Source: a virus (lineage: Duplodnaviria; Caudoviricetes). From it: a stretch of DNA of 43,072 bases. Within the stretch, counting starts at the first letter, position 1. The number at the start of each line of letters is the position of its first letter. The position numbers and the translations under genes were made by a program. The notes below the pieces were generated by a model that saw nothing but the letters and a program-made list of their open reading frames with translations, searched no databases and was not told where the DNA came from. The DNA lies in the IMG/VR virus record IMGVR_UViG_3300030372_003692, positions 1-43,072 of that record. One strand, 5' to 3'. This document shows positions 27,771 through 36,897 of this stretch, piece by piece.

Positions 27771-28247
27771 ATGGCTTATAATACTACAGTAGACGGCATA
27801 AACTTTATTTTTAATTTTGATACAGAAATAATTTCTATTGGTGCAGCGACATCAAGATTAGAAGCTGACTCTTTACAAGAGGCATCAAGAGAAGCTGAAT
27901 CTTCTGAAATGGGTATAGTTTTTCCTAAGATAATAAACACATCAGGTAAAATTACTTTAGATATTCAATCAGAAACAGGATTGAATGTAGTTTTACAAGA
28001 TAACTGGAAAATATTATCTTTGAAAACTACAGGTTTATTTACTGTATCAGGAGGAAATGTAGTAAGTGATGTTAACGGTATTGCTATTTTTGCGACAAAT
28101 CCAACTGTAGACACTCAAAATAATACTTCTCAAGCAGGTGTTAGAGTTTCATCAGGAACCCAAGATATTAGACCTTTGTTACAAGTTATAAATAATAATG
28201 TTCAAGAGTCTAGTTTATTCCAGCCAGCTACAGAGGACTTACCATGA
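27771..28247 (+). CDS. Putative structural protein
   Basis: ORF in the structural operon. Confidence 0.6.
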   Translation: MAYNTTVDGINFIFNFDTEIISIGAATSRLEADSLQEASREAESSEMGIVFPKIINTSGKITLDIQSETGLNVVLQDNWKILSLKTTGLFTVSGGNVVSDVNGIAIFATNPTVDTQNNTSQAGVRVSSGTQDIRPLLQVINNNVQESSLFQPATEDLP

Positions 28248-28274
28248 TTCAAAAATTTAATAAAAGGAAATAGT

Positions 28275-28838
28275 ATGTCTTCAATAGTTACGATAGAAGG
28301 AGGGCCAAGTAATATAATTATAAATGCAGGCGTAGAGGGTAAACAAGGTAAACAAGGGCCAGCAACTCAAAATGGTTTCATAGACTATAACGACACTACA
28401 GGATCTATTTCTATTCTTCAAGAGACATGGACTGACATTCCTAATAATGGTGCAGGCCCTTTCAGTAATGATAATTACAGGCCTGCTGGTGTAACAGAGC
28501 TTATGGATACTAGCACTGGTTATATAGATACGACTGAACTAAATTTAGGTGATACTATTCTAATAAGAAATGATTATAAAATTAACCCTACTACTAATAA
28601 TGCTTTACTAAAATTCAGGTATGTATTAGGAGCAGGTTTATCAGAATACACATTAGAAAAAATAATAGGGCGTCTAGATTCAGGATCAGGTCAAGACTAC
28701 AGGTTTAGCTTATCACCTGATTTGATATATATGGGTGATGTTAACACTCAATCAAATCCAATAAAATTACAAATATGGGTTTCAACTTCTTCTATTTTAA
28801 CTAATGCCGGAAGCGTTATACAGGTTATAAAAAGATGA
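28275..28838 (+). CDS. Putative fibre protein with collagen-like anchor
   Basis: IINAGVEGKQGKQGP followed by a beta-sandwich-like domain. Confidence 0.6.
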   Translation: MSSIVTIEGGPSNIIINAGVEGKQGKQGPATQNGFIDYNDTTGSISILQETWTDIPNNGAGPFSNDNYRPAGVTELMDTSTGYIDTTELNLGDTILIRNDYKINPTTNNALLKFRYVLGAGLSEYTLEKIIGRLDSGSGQDYRFSLSPDLIYMGDVNTQSNPIKLQIWVSTSSILTNAGSVIQVIKR

Positions 28839-30121
28839 GTATAAAAATATATAAAGATAATGCAGCAAATTCTATATTTATCGAAGATGCGAACGGTGCA
28901 CAATTCGTTAATAGTTTAGAGGCTAGTGTTTTAGATAGTACAGTTACAATAACAGATTTAGCTAAACAAATAGATTTAGTTTCTAATGTAGACCATACAG
29001 TTTTTGTTGATAAAAATAACGATACATATATTGGCACAGCGACTGAAGTATGCGATCAATTAAACGCTATATTTACAAGCTCCGGTACACCTACACAAAG
29101 CTTACCAGAAATAACAAGCAATTTAACTATAAATAGTGTAGAGGGTGCAACTATCAATTATGAATTAACTGCTAATTTTGGTGTAGGTTATGAGTGGGAT
29201 TTATCAAATGTTTCTGGTATTACTACAGTAGAGGGAAATATAAGAAAATTAATAGGTGGTTCTAGTTTAGCAGTAGGAACTTACAATATTCCAGTTAAAG
29301 CTATTAATTATAATGGGGAAGACTCTCAAACAATAACATTAACAGTTTCGACACCTCCATTTTCTAATACCAAAAGCATAAGGTTTACTAATCAAAAATG
29401 GCTTGGAGCTAATGCATCACAAGTAGAGCATGTTTTAGGCAGGAGTGCAAATGGCTCAGGAAGTGGAGACGCTTGGACTATTGCTTTTTGGTTTAAAGCT
29501 TCATCAGAAAATTTAGGACAGACTATTATATATTTTGGAAATAATGATGTTACGAATAATGGATATTTAGAGTTAAGACAAACTAATGCAGCAGGCCAAA
29601 AAAGATTAAGATTTAGATATGGGACTCACAATAATTATTTACAGTTAATGACTCCAAACGGAAGTCTAACAGCTGATACATGGCAGCACATTGCTATAGC
29701 TTATAATGGTGGCACTACAGGATCAGATAGTGGTGATATGAGTGATTATTATAGTAGATTTAAAATATATATAGATGGTAGTTTACAGACAACTAATAAT
29801 ACACACAATAATTATGGCTATAATGGTTCAGTTGTTGGACAAAATTGGCGTGTAGGTAGGTTTGCTTCTGGTGCTCATATGCGAGAAGCTAAAGTAGATG
29901 AATTGGCATTATTTGATAGTGATCAAAGTTCTAATATATCTGACTTATATAATAGTGGTTCTGTTTTCGATTTGTCTACTTTATCTACTGAACCTAAGCA
30001 TTGGTGGAGAATGGGTGATAGAGATACATTCCCAAATTTACAAGATTCTGGAACAGAGGCTAATTGTGTTTTTGTAATGAATTCAATGACCTCATCTGAT
30101 ATAGTTAATGATGTACCATAA
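28835..30121 (+). CDS. LamG/concanavalin-A-like domain structural protein
   Basis: WTIAFWFK, WQHIAIAY, KIYIDG, VDELALF and HWWRMGD motifs, preceded by an Ig-like domain. Confidence 0.8.
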   Translation: MSIKIYKDNAANSIFIEDANGAQFVNSLEASVLDSTVTITDLAKQIDLVSNVDHTVFVDKNNDTYIGTATEVCDQLNAIFTSSGTPTQSLPEITSNLTINSVEGATINYELTANFGVGYEWDLSNVSGITTVEGNIRKLIGGSSLAVGTYNIPVKAINYNGEDSQTITLTVSTPPFSNTKSIRFTNQKWLGANASQVEHVLGRSANGSGSGDAWTIAFWFKASSENLGQTIIYFGNNDVTNNGYLELRQTNAAGQKRLRFRYGTHNNYLQLMTPNGSLTADTWQHIAIAYNGGTTGSDSGDMSDYYSRFKIYIDGSLQTTNNTHNNYGYNGSVVGQNWRVGRFASGAHMREAKVDELALFDSDQSSNISDLYNSGSVFDLSTLSTEPKHWWRMGDRDTFPNLQDSGTEANCVFVMNSMTSSDIVNDVP

Positions 30122-30152
30122 AAAAAGCGGCTAAAAAAGCCGCTTATTTATT
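30121..30152. terminator. Bidirectional terminator at the end of the late operon
   Basis: A run, AAGCGGCT-AAAAA-AGCCGCTT, then a T-rich tail. Confidence 0.75.
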
Positions 30153-30448
30153 GCAAAAAAATCTATCTTAGATTATCTAGCGTTGTATTATAAATTTTAT
30201 TTATTTTTTTAAAATTATAATTTAGTTAATTTTATATATATAATAATTCATTTCTTAAGCAATCTAACTCCCATTTTAAAAGCTGATGACTTATAGAAGA
30301 ATAAATTTTATATTTTTTATTTTTTACTCTTCTTAAACTTGGTTTATATATTTTTGATTTTTTATACATTTTATTTTCTTGTTTTATTATTAACCTAATC
30401 AATATTATCGTACAATATATATACTATGTTCCCTACATAGACCCCACG

Positions 30449-30486
30449 CCCTTGAGAGTTGCCCTACTCTCAGGGGTATTTTTTTA
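30449..30486 (+). terminator. Hairpin plus T tract
   Basis: CCCTTGAGAGT-tgccct-ACTCTCAGGGG then TATTTTTTT; the G-U pair works only on the + strand. Confidence 0.6.
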
Positions 30487-30879
30487 TTAAAATGGAACTT
30501 CATCTTCACTAACTGGAGCGTTAAAATCTGGCATTGGCGGCAGCTCTCTTGGTTCATCTTTTGGTTGTGTGTTATTGCTGTTGTTTGTGTCTCCTTTGAC
30601 GTTTATCTTCCAAGCTTGTAGAGTATTGAAATATTTATCTATGCCTTGAGGATTAGTCCATTTTCGCCCTTTTAAATTAAATGCTATGTCTACTTTTTGA
30701 CCTACCTGAATATCCTCGAGCAAATCACATCTACTTTGTATAAACTGGAAAGATATTAACTCAGTATATAAGTTATCTTTTGCCTCAACTGAAGATTCGA
30801 TTATAAATTCTCTTTTTTTGAACGTGTCGCTTATTTGCTCTGTGTCAAAAATCTTATGAACTATGCCTGTAAATTCCAT
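30487..30879 (-). CDS. DUF3127 single-stranded DNA-binding protein
   Basis: FKKREFII, FNLKGRKW and YFNTLQAWKI motifs; acidic EDEVPF tail. Confidence 0.88.
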   Translation of the reverse strand: MEFTGIVHKIFDTEQISDTFKKREFIIESSVEAKDNLYTELISFQFIQSRCDLLEDIQVGQKVDIAFNLKGRKWTNPQGIDKYFNTLQAWKINVKGDTNNSNNTQPKDEPRELPPMPDFNAPVSEDEVPF

Positions 30880-31041
30880 TTACTTCTCCTTATTTTCTAA
30901 TTTTGATAATCTTCTTAAGATGTTATTTTGTAAGGCATGAGCAAATTGTTCACGGTGACTAGCATTCATTTCTTCTAAGCTGCTGGGATTGACATTTTCA
31001 TCATACTTTAACTTTATAGTGTAATCAGTTATATCTTGCAT
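30880..31041 (-). CDS. Hypothetical protein
   Basis: Hand-translated 53 aa MQDITDYTIKLKYDEN...; GGAG RBS; abuts the DUF3127 gene. Confidence 0.6.
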   Translation of the reverse strand: MQDITDYTIKLKYDENVNPSSLEEMNASHREQFAHALQNNILRRLSKLENKEK

Positions 31042-31054
31042 TATTGGACTCTCC

Positions 31055-31288
31055 TTATTTAGTTACTTTAAGCAATTCTTGTCTAAGATCTAATGCGGCT
31101 CTTTTTACAGCTGCTTTTCTTTTGCTTATTTGTGACTTTGAATTTAACCCTAAATCATATTTAAATTCCTGATAATGAGTTCCACTTGTATAATTATCTG
31201 CTGAATGTGTGCACCTTAATAACTCTTTAGCCTTCTCCAAAAATCGGTCTGCCTCTAAAATAACTATTTCTAAGTCCTGCTGCGTCAT
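31055..31288 (-). CDS. Hypothetical protein
   Basis: ORF with AGGAG RBS. Confidence 0.65.
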   Translation of the reverse strand: MTQQDLEIVILEADRFLEKAKELLRCTHSADNYTSGTHYQEFKYDLGLNSKSQISKRKAAVKRAALDLRQELLKVTK

Positions 31289-31298
31289 TCAATTCTCC

Positions 31299-31955
31299 TT
31301 ATTTACTAAGTGTTTGTTTAGCTAATAACTTAACTTCTTTAATAAAGTCATTACAATATTCTTGCATCATAGCCATCTCTTTATCATCCCATTCAACGCG
31401 ACTAATCGAAATAACTTTAGGCTCAAAAGCATAGTGATAAGTAGCCCAATCACAAGCTTTAATGCCAGTGCAAAGCATATGATGCCGAACTTGCCAATAA
31501 TAGCTTTTTTCTATCGCTACACTTGAAAGCTCTAATACAGGGCTTTTATCGATGTATTGTAAATGCTTCTTCATAGTCGTAGGGCATTTTACCTCTAATA
31601 CAATAGAGTTATCAGCCGCTATTCTATCTGGTGAAGTAGCAACACAATCATTAAACTCTGAAACAATTAGACCAGTGTCAATTAATTCTACTCCTGTTTC
31701 TTTTTCGTATTCTTCACAAGCGAACGGTTCCCACTCAATTCCCCAATCAGCATTATATTGGCTTATAGGCTCAGACTCATCTACATTAGCCATTAATTCA
31801 ACAGCCTTTTGATATTTGAGCTTTGACCAATCTGGCTTTTTGCCAGTTTTACCCGGCATTATTTGACCCACTACAGACCCAGTGAGCTTAGCTAGTCTTG
31901 ATTCTAGCCACTCATCCGAGCCTTGAGGGTGTTTTATTTCTCTATCCTTCCACAT
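31299..31955 (-). CDS. YqaJ/lambda-exonuclease family protein
   Basis: QGSDEWL..R...TGS, WG...EP.A, SPD, LEVKCP and YYWQV motifs. Confidence 0.92.
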   Translation of the reverse strand: MWKDREIKHPQGSDEWLESRLAKLTGSVVGQIMPGKTGKKPDWSKLKYQKAVELMANVDESEPISQYNADWGIEWEPFACEEYEKETGVELIDTGLIVSEFNDCVATSPDRIAADNSIVLEVKCPTTMKKHLQYIDKSPVLELSSVAIEKSYYWQVRHHMLCTGIKACDWATYHYAFEPKVISISRVEWDDKEMAMMQEYCNDFIKEVKLLAKQTLSK

Positions 31956-32763
31956 TTATATCTTCAGCTTTTTTGAAGTTAGCTTCTTTTTCTTTCGGCC
32001 TTTCAATATCAAACCAATCGTAATTTTTTGACATTCCATCATTAAGAGAATTGTAAATAGATCTAAGATTAACAACTTGAGCAGCGTTTATTGATTTTAT
32101 GTGACAACCTATATTTTTTTCTATATGCTCTTTAGTCACTTCAAATTTTTCAAAAGCCTTTAAAAGTTTCTGAATCCCTTCTTTAGATAGGTCAGCAGAT
32201 GCGTTCAAAGTAATAGCGCATTGTTTTTCAGCGGCTTCTATTACATCGCCAGGGATAACACCAAGAATACAAGCTCTTAATCTTCTGGCACCTTGATTAG
32301 CTACAAGCTCATAAATGTCTCTCGAGTCTGTAAGCTTTTTATCTCCGTTTCTAGTGTTTCGAATATGCCTAACTTTAAAAGTTTTTGACTCCCTTACATT
32401 GTTTTCAAGATCCCAACAAAAAGCAATAACAGAACTTTCCCCGTTTTTTTGGTCTAGCTCTTTGATTCCAAACTCAAGATTACCCCAATGACGCGCTACC
32501 GCTTCGGCTAGTCTTATAGATGGGCCTGTTATTCTTTGGCCTCCTCTTGGGTAAGCGTAAGCAGATGATTCAGCTAATGCTGGTCTTGTACATTCATTAA
32601 GAATATTATCGACAGCTTTAATACTATCTCTAGGAAATTGCTTTGCCATTACTACTTGAGCTTGCACTTCTGCCATTGCGTGAGCTGATGACTCTTGACC
32701 TATTACGCCATGATCTGGCGCTACACCCATTGGATTTTCTATTTTCTGAATTTCATTACTCAT
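31942..32763 (-). CDS. Putative single-strand annealing/recombination protein
   Basis: Next to the exonuclease and SSB; AK.FPRD, YPRGG..ITGPSIRLAE and ARRLRACIL motifs. Confidence 0.6.
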   Translation of the reverse strand: MSNEIQKIENPMGVAPDHGVIGQESSAHAMAEVQAQVVMAKQFPRDSIKAVDNILNECTRPALAESSAYAYPRGGQRITGPSIRLAEAVARHWGNLEFGIKELDQKNGESSVIAFCWDLENNVRESKTFKVRHIRNTRNGDKKLTDSRDIYELVANQGARRLRACILGVIPGDVIEAAEKQCAITLNASADLSKEGIQKLLKAFEKFEVTKEHIEKNIGCHIKSINAAQVVNLRSIYNSLNDGMSKNYDWFDIERPKEKEANFKKAEDINVEG

Positions 32764-32909
32764 TATTTATTGTCTTTTTCTAGTTTTTTATATTCTCGAT
32801 CTATGATGATTTCGACGTATTTTTTCATCGGCACTCGCTGTGATTTAGCAAGTTTTTTTAGTTTTAATCTGGTGTCTTCCCAGATTTGTAAGTTAACTGT
32901 ATCGTTCAT
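32763..32909 (-). CDS. Small ribbon-helix-helix-like protein
   Basis: Hand-translated MNDTVNLQIWEDTRLKLKKLAKSQRVPMKKYVEIIIDREY; AAGGA RBS. Confidence 0.65.
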   Translation of the reverse strand: MNDTVNLQIWEDTRLKLKKLAKSQRVPMKKYVEIIIDREYKKLEKDNK

Positions 32910-32919
32910 TTTCTTTCCT

Positions 32920-34287
32920 TTAAATAAATTTAGGCAGGTTAATTTTTTTGTTAAATTCTTTGTATTGATTGATAAAGTTTGAGTTTACATTTTTTACTAG
33001 ATTTTCGTATAACTCCTTTGCTTTTTGAGTCTTTTGTTTTAATGCCTCTGTGACTCTTGATTGGCCATCTGATACTACCAAATCAATTGTTACTTTATTT
33101 TCTTGTCCAAACCTCCAGAATCGTCTAACAGCTTGATAGTATTGTTCATAAGACCATGTAGGAAAGAAAACGGAATGATTGCAATGTTGCCAGTTAAGTC
33201 CCATACCTGTCATCTTTGCTTTTGTTATCAACCTTTTTATCTCACCATTAGCAAAAGCTATCAATATTTCCTCTTTTTTATCTATACTCATAGATCCTTT
33301 GATCTGAACTGATTGATCATCACTTGAATTTATAATATCTCCTTCATCATTAAAATTAACCCAATATACAGAGGTCTTACCGTTTGCTAAATAAATAGCT
33401 TTTTCGCATCTTGTATCAATAGTATCTCTTTGCTCTTTTCTAACTTCAGTCATAGTTTTAGCTTTATTGGCAAATAATAAAAGTTGTCCCTCTTCCTCCA
33501 CTAGTGACTCATTTCTGACAATATGATTATTTACAATTAACTCAGGTAGCTTATACCTTTCATCTGAGTAACCTAAATCAGAAGGCATTTTTACCATAAT
33601 TGACCATTGATTTACCCAAGCAAAAAAATCTTTTTCTGCATGAGGTTTTAAGTAAAATTTTTCACCTATATTCCTATTATTTGAGTCTACAGAATTTTGA
33701 TTTGTTTTAAAAAACTTACCAAGCATATCCATATAACCCATATAACCAAGAGCTTCAGAGCTTGTGCCTAATTCTATAAAATCATTAGGCGAAGGTGTAG
33801 CGGTAGATAGAAAACGATAAGGAACTTTTTTAATAAAAGTATTAATTTGATTTTTTATTTTACCGTCAAAGTTTTTTAAAATAGAACTTTCATCTAATAT
33901 TACAGCGATAAAATCTGAGCTGTCAAAATAATGAAGTCTCTCATAATTGCAAATAACAATCTTTTTTGAATGCTTGCCATTTTTTGAATACTCAATATCA
34001 TCTATACCTATTTTTTTAGCTTCTTTCAAAAACTGAAAGGCCACCGCCAGCGGAGTAAGTATTAATACTTTTTTATTGGTATGTAATACTACGTTATAAG
34101 CTTCTGATAATTGAATTAATGTCTTACCTAATCCAGTGTCAAGAAAATTGGCTATACGGCCCTTTTTAGTACTTTTCTCGATTACATGCTTTTGGAAATC
34201 AAAAGCTATATCAGGAAACCATATTGGGTTAAATCCAGAATTGCCTATACTATGACGTTTAGAATTTATAAACTCTTTATAATCCAT
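32920..34287 (-). CDS. SF2 (SNF2-like) helicase
   Basis: DTGLGKT, LDESS, TATPSPND, GLNWQ and QAVRRFWRFGQ motifs. Confidence 0.92.
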   Translation of the reverse strand: MDYKEFINSKRHSIGNSGFNPIWFPDIAFDFQKHVIEKSTKKGRIANFLDTGLGKTLIQLSEAYNVVLHTNKKVLILTPLAVAFQFLKEAKKIGIDDIEYSKNGKHSKKIVICNYERLHYFDSSDFIAVILDESSILKNFDGKIKNQINTFIKKVPYRFLSTATPSPNDFIELGTSSEALGYMGYMDMLGKFFKTNQNSVDSNNRNIGEKFYLKPHAEKDFFAWVNQWSIMVKMPSDLGYSDERYKLPELIVNNHIVRNESLVEEEGQLLLFANKAKTMTEVRKEQRDTIDTRCEKAIYLANGKTSVYWVNFNDEGDIINSSDDQSVQIKGSMSIDKKEEILIAFANGEIKRLITKAKMTGMGLNWQHCNHSVFFPTWSYEQYYQAVRRFWRFGQENKVTIDLVVSDGQSRVTEALKQKTQKAKELYENLVKNVNSNFINQYKEFNKKINLPKFI

Positions 34288-34289
34288 TA

Positions 34290-35345
34290 TTAACCCCTCA
34301 TCGGCATTACTAAATATTCTAAGTTTTCGCAAGTGATTTGTGTCGGAGCTGTGCTATCGTTATAGTTCAACTCAATAAAATCCCCTGAGCTATTTTTTAG
34401 AGCATCCACCAAAAATACAGGATTGTAATTTAATTCAATATCACCATTAAAGTCGATTGTTATTTTTTCGACTGCGCTATCTTGGGTATGAGCTGATACA
34501 GTTAATGAGTTATCTTTAAATTTTAGGGTCACGCATTCAGTGACATTATCTAGGATTAAAGAAACCCTCTGAACTGCATTAAGTAGATCGTATTTATTAA
34601 TTGACACATGAGATTTAAAAGAATCCGGCATTATCTGCGAGTAATCAGGGTAGTTGCCTTCAATTAATTTTGAAATTATAGCGTAATCACCTGACTCGGC
34701 TGAAATATAAGAATTATCAATCGTTATTTTAATATCACCATACGAGTTTTTAGCGATGTCAATTAAGACATTAACCGGAACTACTGCCTTAATATTATTT
34801 TGACTAACGTTGATAACTTCAGACATTGCCAGCCTTTTGCCATCAGTTGTAACTAGTCTTAAACTATCGCTTTTAGCGTCAATTAATACGCCGTTTAAAA
34901 TCGGCCTTGATTCATCTTTAGAAGCTGCGTAAAATACATTACTTATTTCTTTAGAAAAAACTTGATTGTCGAAAAATATTTCTACTGCGTTATCTAATAA
35001 ATTAGGATCAGGCCATTGATTTGAGCTTATGCAAGATAGTTTAAATTTTGATTTATTGCATTTTAAGCTGGCTACATCATCCTTGACTGTTAAACTCAAT
35101 ATATGATCAGCTAATTGAGAACAAATCGCAGTCAATTTTTTATAATTGATAGTAGTATCAAATTCTAAAGGTACATCGCAGGGAATAGTAACTTTAATTG
35201 ACTGTACTAGATTAGTTCCCATTAGTTGAGCTTTATTGTCAAATGCAATAATTCTGACGTTTGCAAGTATAGGCGTGGATGGATTATTTATAGCTCCTGA
35301 TAGCTTTTTTAATCCTGCTAATAGTTTTTTGCTGTTTATTTTCAT
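34290..35345 (-). CDS. dnaN: DNA polymerase III beta sliding clamp
   Basis: PILANV, ESRPILNGV, TTDGKRLA, SKLIEGNYPDY and C-terminal LVMPMR; 351 aa. Confidence 0.93.
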   Translation of the reverse strand: MKINSKKLLAGLKKLSGAINNPSTPILANVRIIAFDNKAQLMGTNLVQSIKVTIPCDVPLEFDTTINYKKLTAICSQLADHILSLTVKDDVASLKCNKSKFKLSCISSNQWPDPNLLDNAVEIFFDNQVFSKEISNVFYAASKDESRPILNGVLIDAKSDSLRLVTTDGKRLAMSEVINVSQNNIKAVVPVNVLIDIAKNSYGDIKITIDNSYISAESGDYAIISKLIEGNYPDYSQIMPDSFKSHVSINKYDLLNAVQRVSLILDNVTECVTLKFKDNSLTVSAHTQDSAVEKITIDFNGDIELNYNPVFLVDALKNSSGDFIELNYNDSTAPTQITCENLEYLVMPMRG

Positions 35346-35438
35346 ATCTTCTTTTCCTTTACTAATTTAATTAACTTTTTTACATCTTCGTAGTAGCACC
35401 TATCGCCACTAGTATATAATTCTATATCTTCTTTATTT

Positions 35439-35639
35439 TTATTTATTGAAATACCTTCTTATTAAGTAGCTTCGCATAAGTGATATAAACGTAAAATAAA
35501 GCCCTATTTTTAGATTTTGACTAATTGTGGATTCAACGTCAACTAAAGGAAATACTACTAGCTGACTGGTTAATGCGACAATATAACCTACTGCCACATT
35601 AACCGCAGATTCTTTAAGGCTCTGCTTTTTACTCTGCAT
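35439..35639 (-). CDS. Small 2-TM protein commonly adjacent to phage methylases
   Basis: MQSKKQSLKES.VNV.VGY...RSYLIRRYFN pattern. Confidence 0.7.
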   Translation of the reverse strand: MQSKKQSLKESAVNVAVGYIVALTSQLVVFPLVDVESTISQNLKIGLYFTFISLMRSYLIRRYFNK

Positions 35640-36649
35640 TAAAATAGTTCTAGTTGTTTAGATTGTTTAAACCTATTTTCAACGCCTTCAAGATTCATTA
35701 AAGCTTGTCGGTAGTAGCTGTCTTTTAATTCAATTCCAATCGCTTTACGGCCTAATGATACAGGGCTGAATACTTCAGATCCTACACCCATAAAAGGAGT
35801 TAATACCGTTTCACCTTTATTTGAATACAATTCGACTATACGATCTATTACATCTAATTGTAAAGGATGAACATGCTTCTCATCATCTTCAGTCTTACTT
35901 TTTTTATATTGTAATACTTCATCAATCCGTATATCATCCCAAACACTAGAGGCGTAACGTTGCCATATATAATGACTTAGTTTATTAGATTTTGGGTCTT
36001 CATGATTCTTAAATTCATTGTTTAAATAACGCCATAATTCGCCCTCATTAAAGTTTGTTTGATTGGCATTATTCCATGCTTGTAGAATATTTGGCAGTAT
36101 GGGAGTAGCTCCGTAATACTCTGTGAAACCATGTTTATGAGTTACAGGTACTTTGTTCTCGCCCTTCTTAGTGAAAATAAGAACATAATCTGGCATAGCT
36201 GTAAAGCATTTAGTCGAATCTTCTACTATGAATTTGTGCATTAAAGATTGTACCATAGTACGCATTCTAACTTTTAAAGGCTCTTTCCAAATTGTAATAC
36301 GGTTACGATATTCAAATCCGTATTTTTCATGAAGTTTTATTACTTCGTGAGGAAAGTCCCAAAGTCGGCAAGTATTGTCAAAAACGTCTGTACAATGCAC
36401 AGCGTTTATTCTTCCAGCTTTTGTTACTCTTGACATTTCTTTTATTAAAAATTCGTACTGATTTAAAAATTGCTCTTTAGATTCACAATTACTAAAATCT
36501 CTTTCTGAGCTGGAATAATTATACAAGCCAGCAAACGGAGGTGAGTATACAGATAAATCTATAGATTCAGAAGGAAGCTCTTTTATTACTTCCATGCAAT
36601 CAGAATTATATATTGCAAAATCTTTAGTTATTAATTGTTCTTTAGTCAT
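35639..36649 (-). CDS. Beta-class N4-C/N6-A DNA methyltransferase
   Basis: Catalytic SPPF near the N-terminus, HVHPLQL, SAM-binding TPFMGVGSE and GIELK; start ATG 36649 after AGGAG. Confidence 0.92.
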   Translation of the reverse strand: MTKEQLITKDFAIYNSDCMEVIKELPSESIDLSVYSPPFAGLYNYSSSERDFSNCESKEQFLNQYEFLIKEMSRVTKAGRINAVHCTDVFDNTCRLWDFPHEVIKLHEKYGFEYRNRITIWKEPLKVRMRTMVQSLMHKFIVEDSTKCFTAMPDYVLIFTKKGENKVPVTHKHGFTEYYGATPILPNILQAWNNANQTNFNEGELWRYLNNEFKNHEDPKSNKLSHYIWQRYASSVWDDIRIDEVLQYKKSKTEDDEKHVHPLQLDVIDRIVELYSNKGETVLTPFMGVGSEVFSPVSLGRKAIGIELKDSYYRQALMNLEGVENRFKQSKQLELF

Positions 36650-36673
36650 TTTTTCTCCTTTGTTAGGTTCCTT

Positions 36674-36702
36674 ATTATATATCATCAAAAACATATATTC
36701 AA
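36674..36702 (-). promoter_or_regulatory. Leftward sigma70-type promoter
   Basis: Minus strand TTGAAT-N17-TATAAT. Confidence 0.8.
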
Positions 36703-36747
36703 TATAAAAAATACATAATTTACTATAAAAAAAATACTGTAATAGTA

Positions 36748-36776
36748 TTGACAGTTATTTATTTTAGCATTATTAT
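36748..36776 (+). promoter_or_regulatory. Rightward sigma70-type promoter
   Basis: TTGACA-N17-TATTAT; palindrome AATACT-N5-AGTATT at 36733-36749 overlaps the -35. Confidence 0.8.
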
Positions 36777-36807
36777 AACCTTAACAACCAATTAAAAGGA
36801 AATGAAA

Positions 36808-36897
36808 ATGCCAATAGTAAAACCAGAAATAATAATACTGATTTTCTTAGCTTCTCTTATAGGAGCTATGATTGGCGCACAGTTGGGGATGAAATGA
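36808..36897 (+). CDS. Very small TM peptide
   Basis: MPIVKPEIIILIFLASLIGAMIGAQLGMK; AAGGA RBS; ATGA-coupled to the next gene. Confidence 0.5.
   Translation: MPIVKPEIIILIFLASLIGAMIGAQLGMK

Noticed and set aside
35346-35438. Short open frame between the 2-TM gene and dnaN
   Set aside because: No start codon or RBS found; at most a gene remnant.
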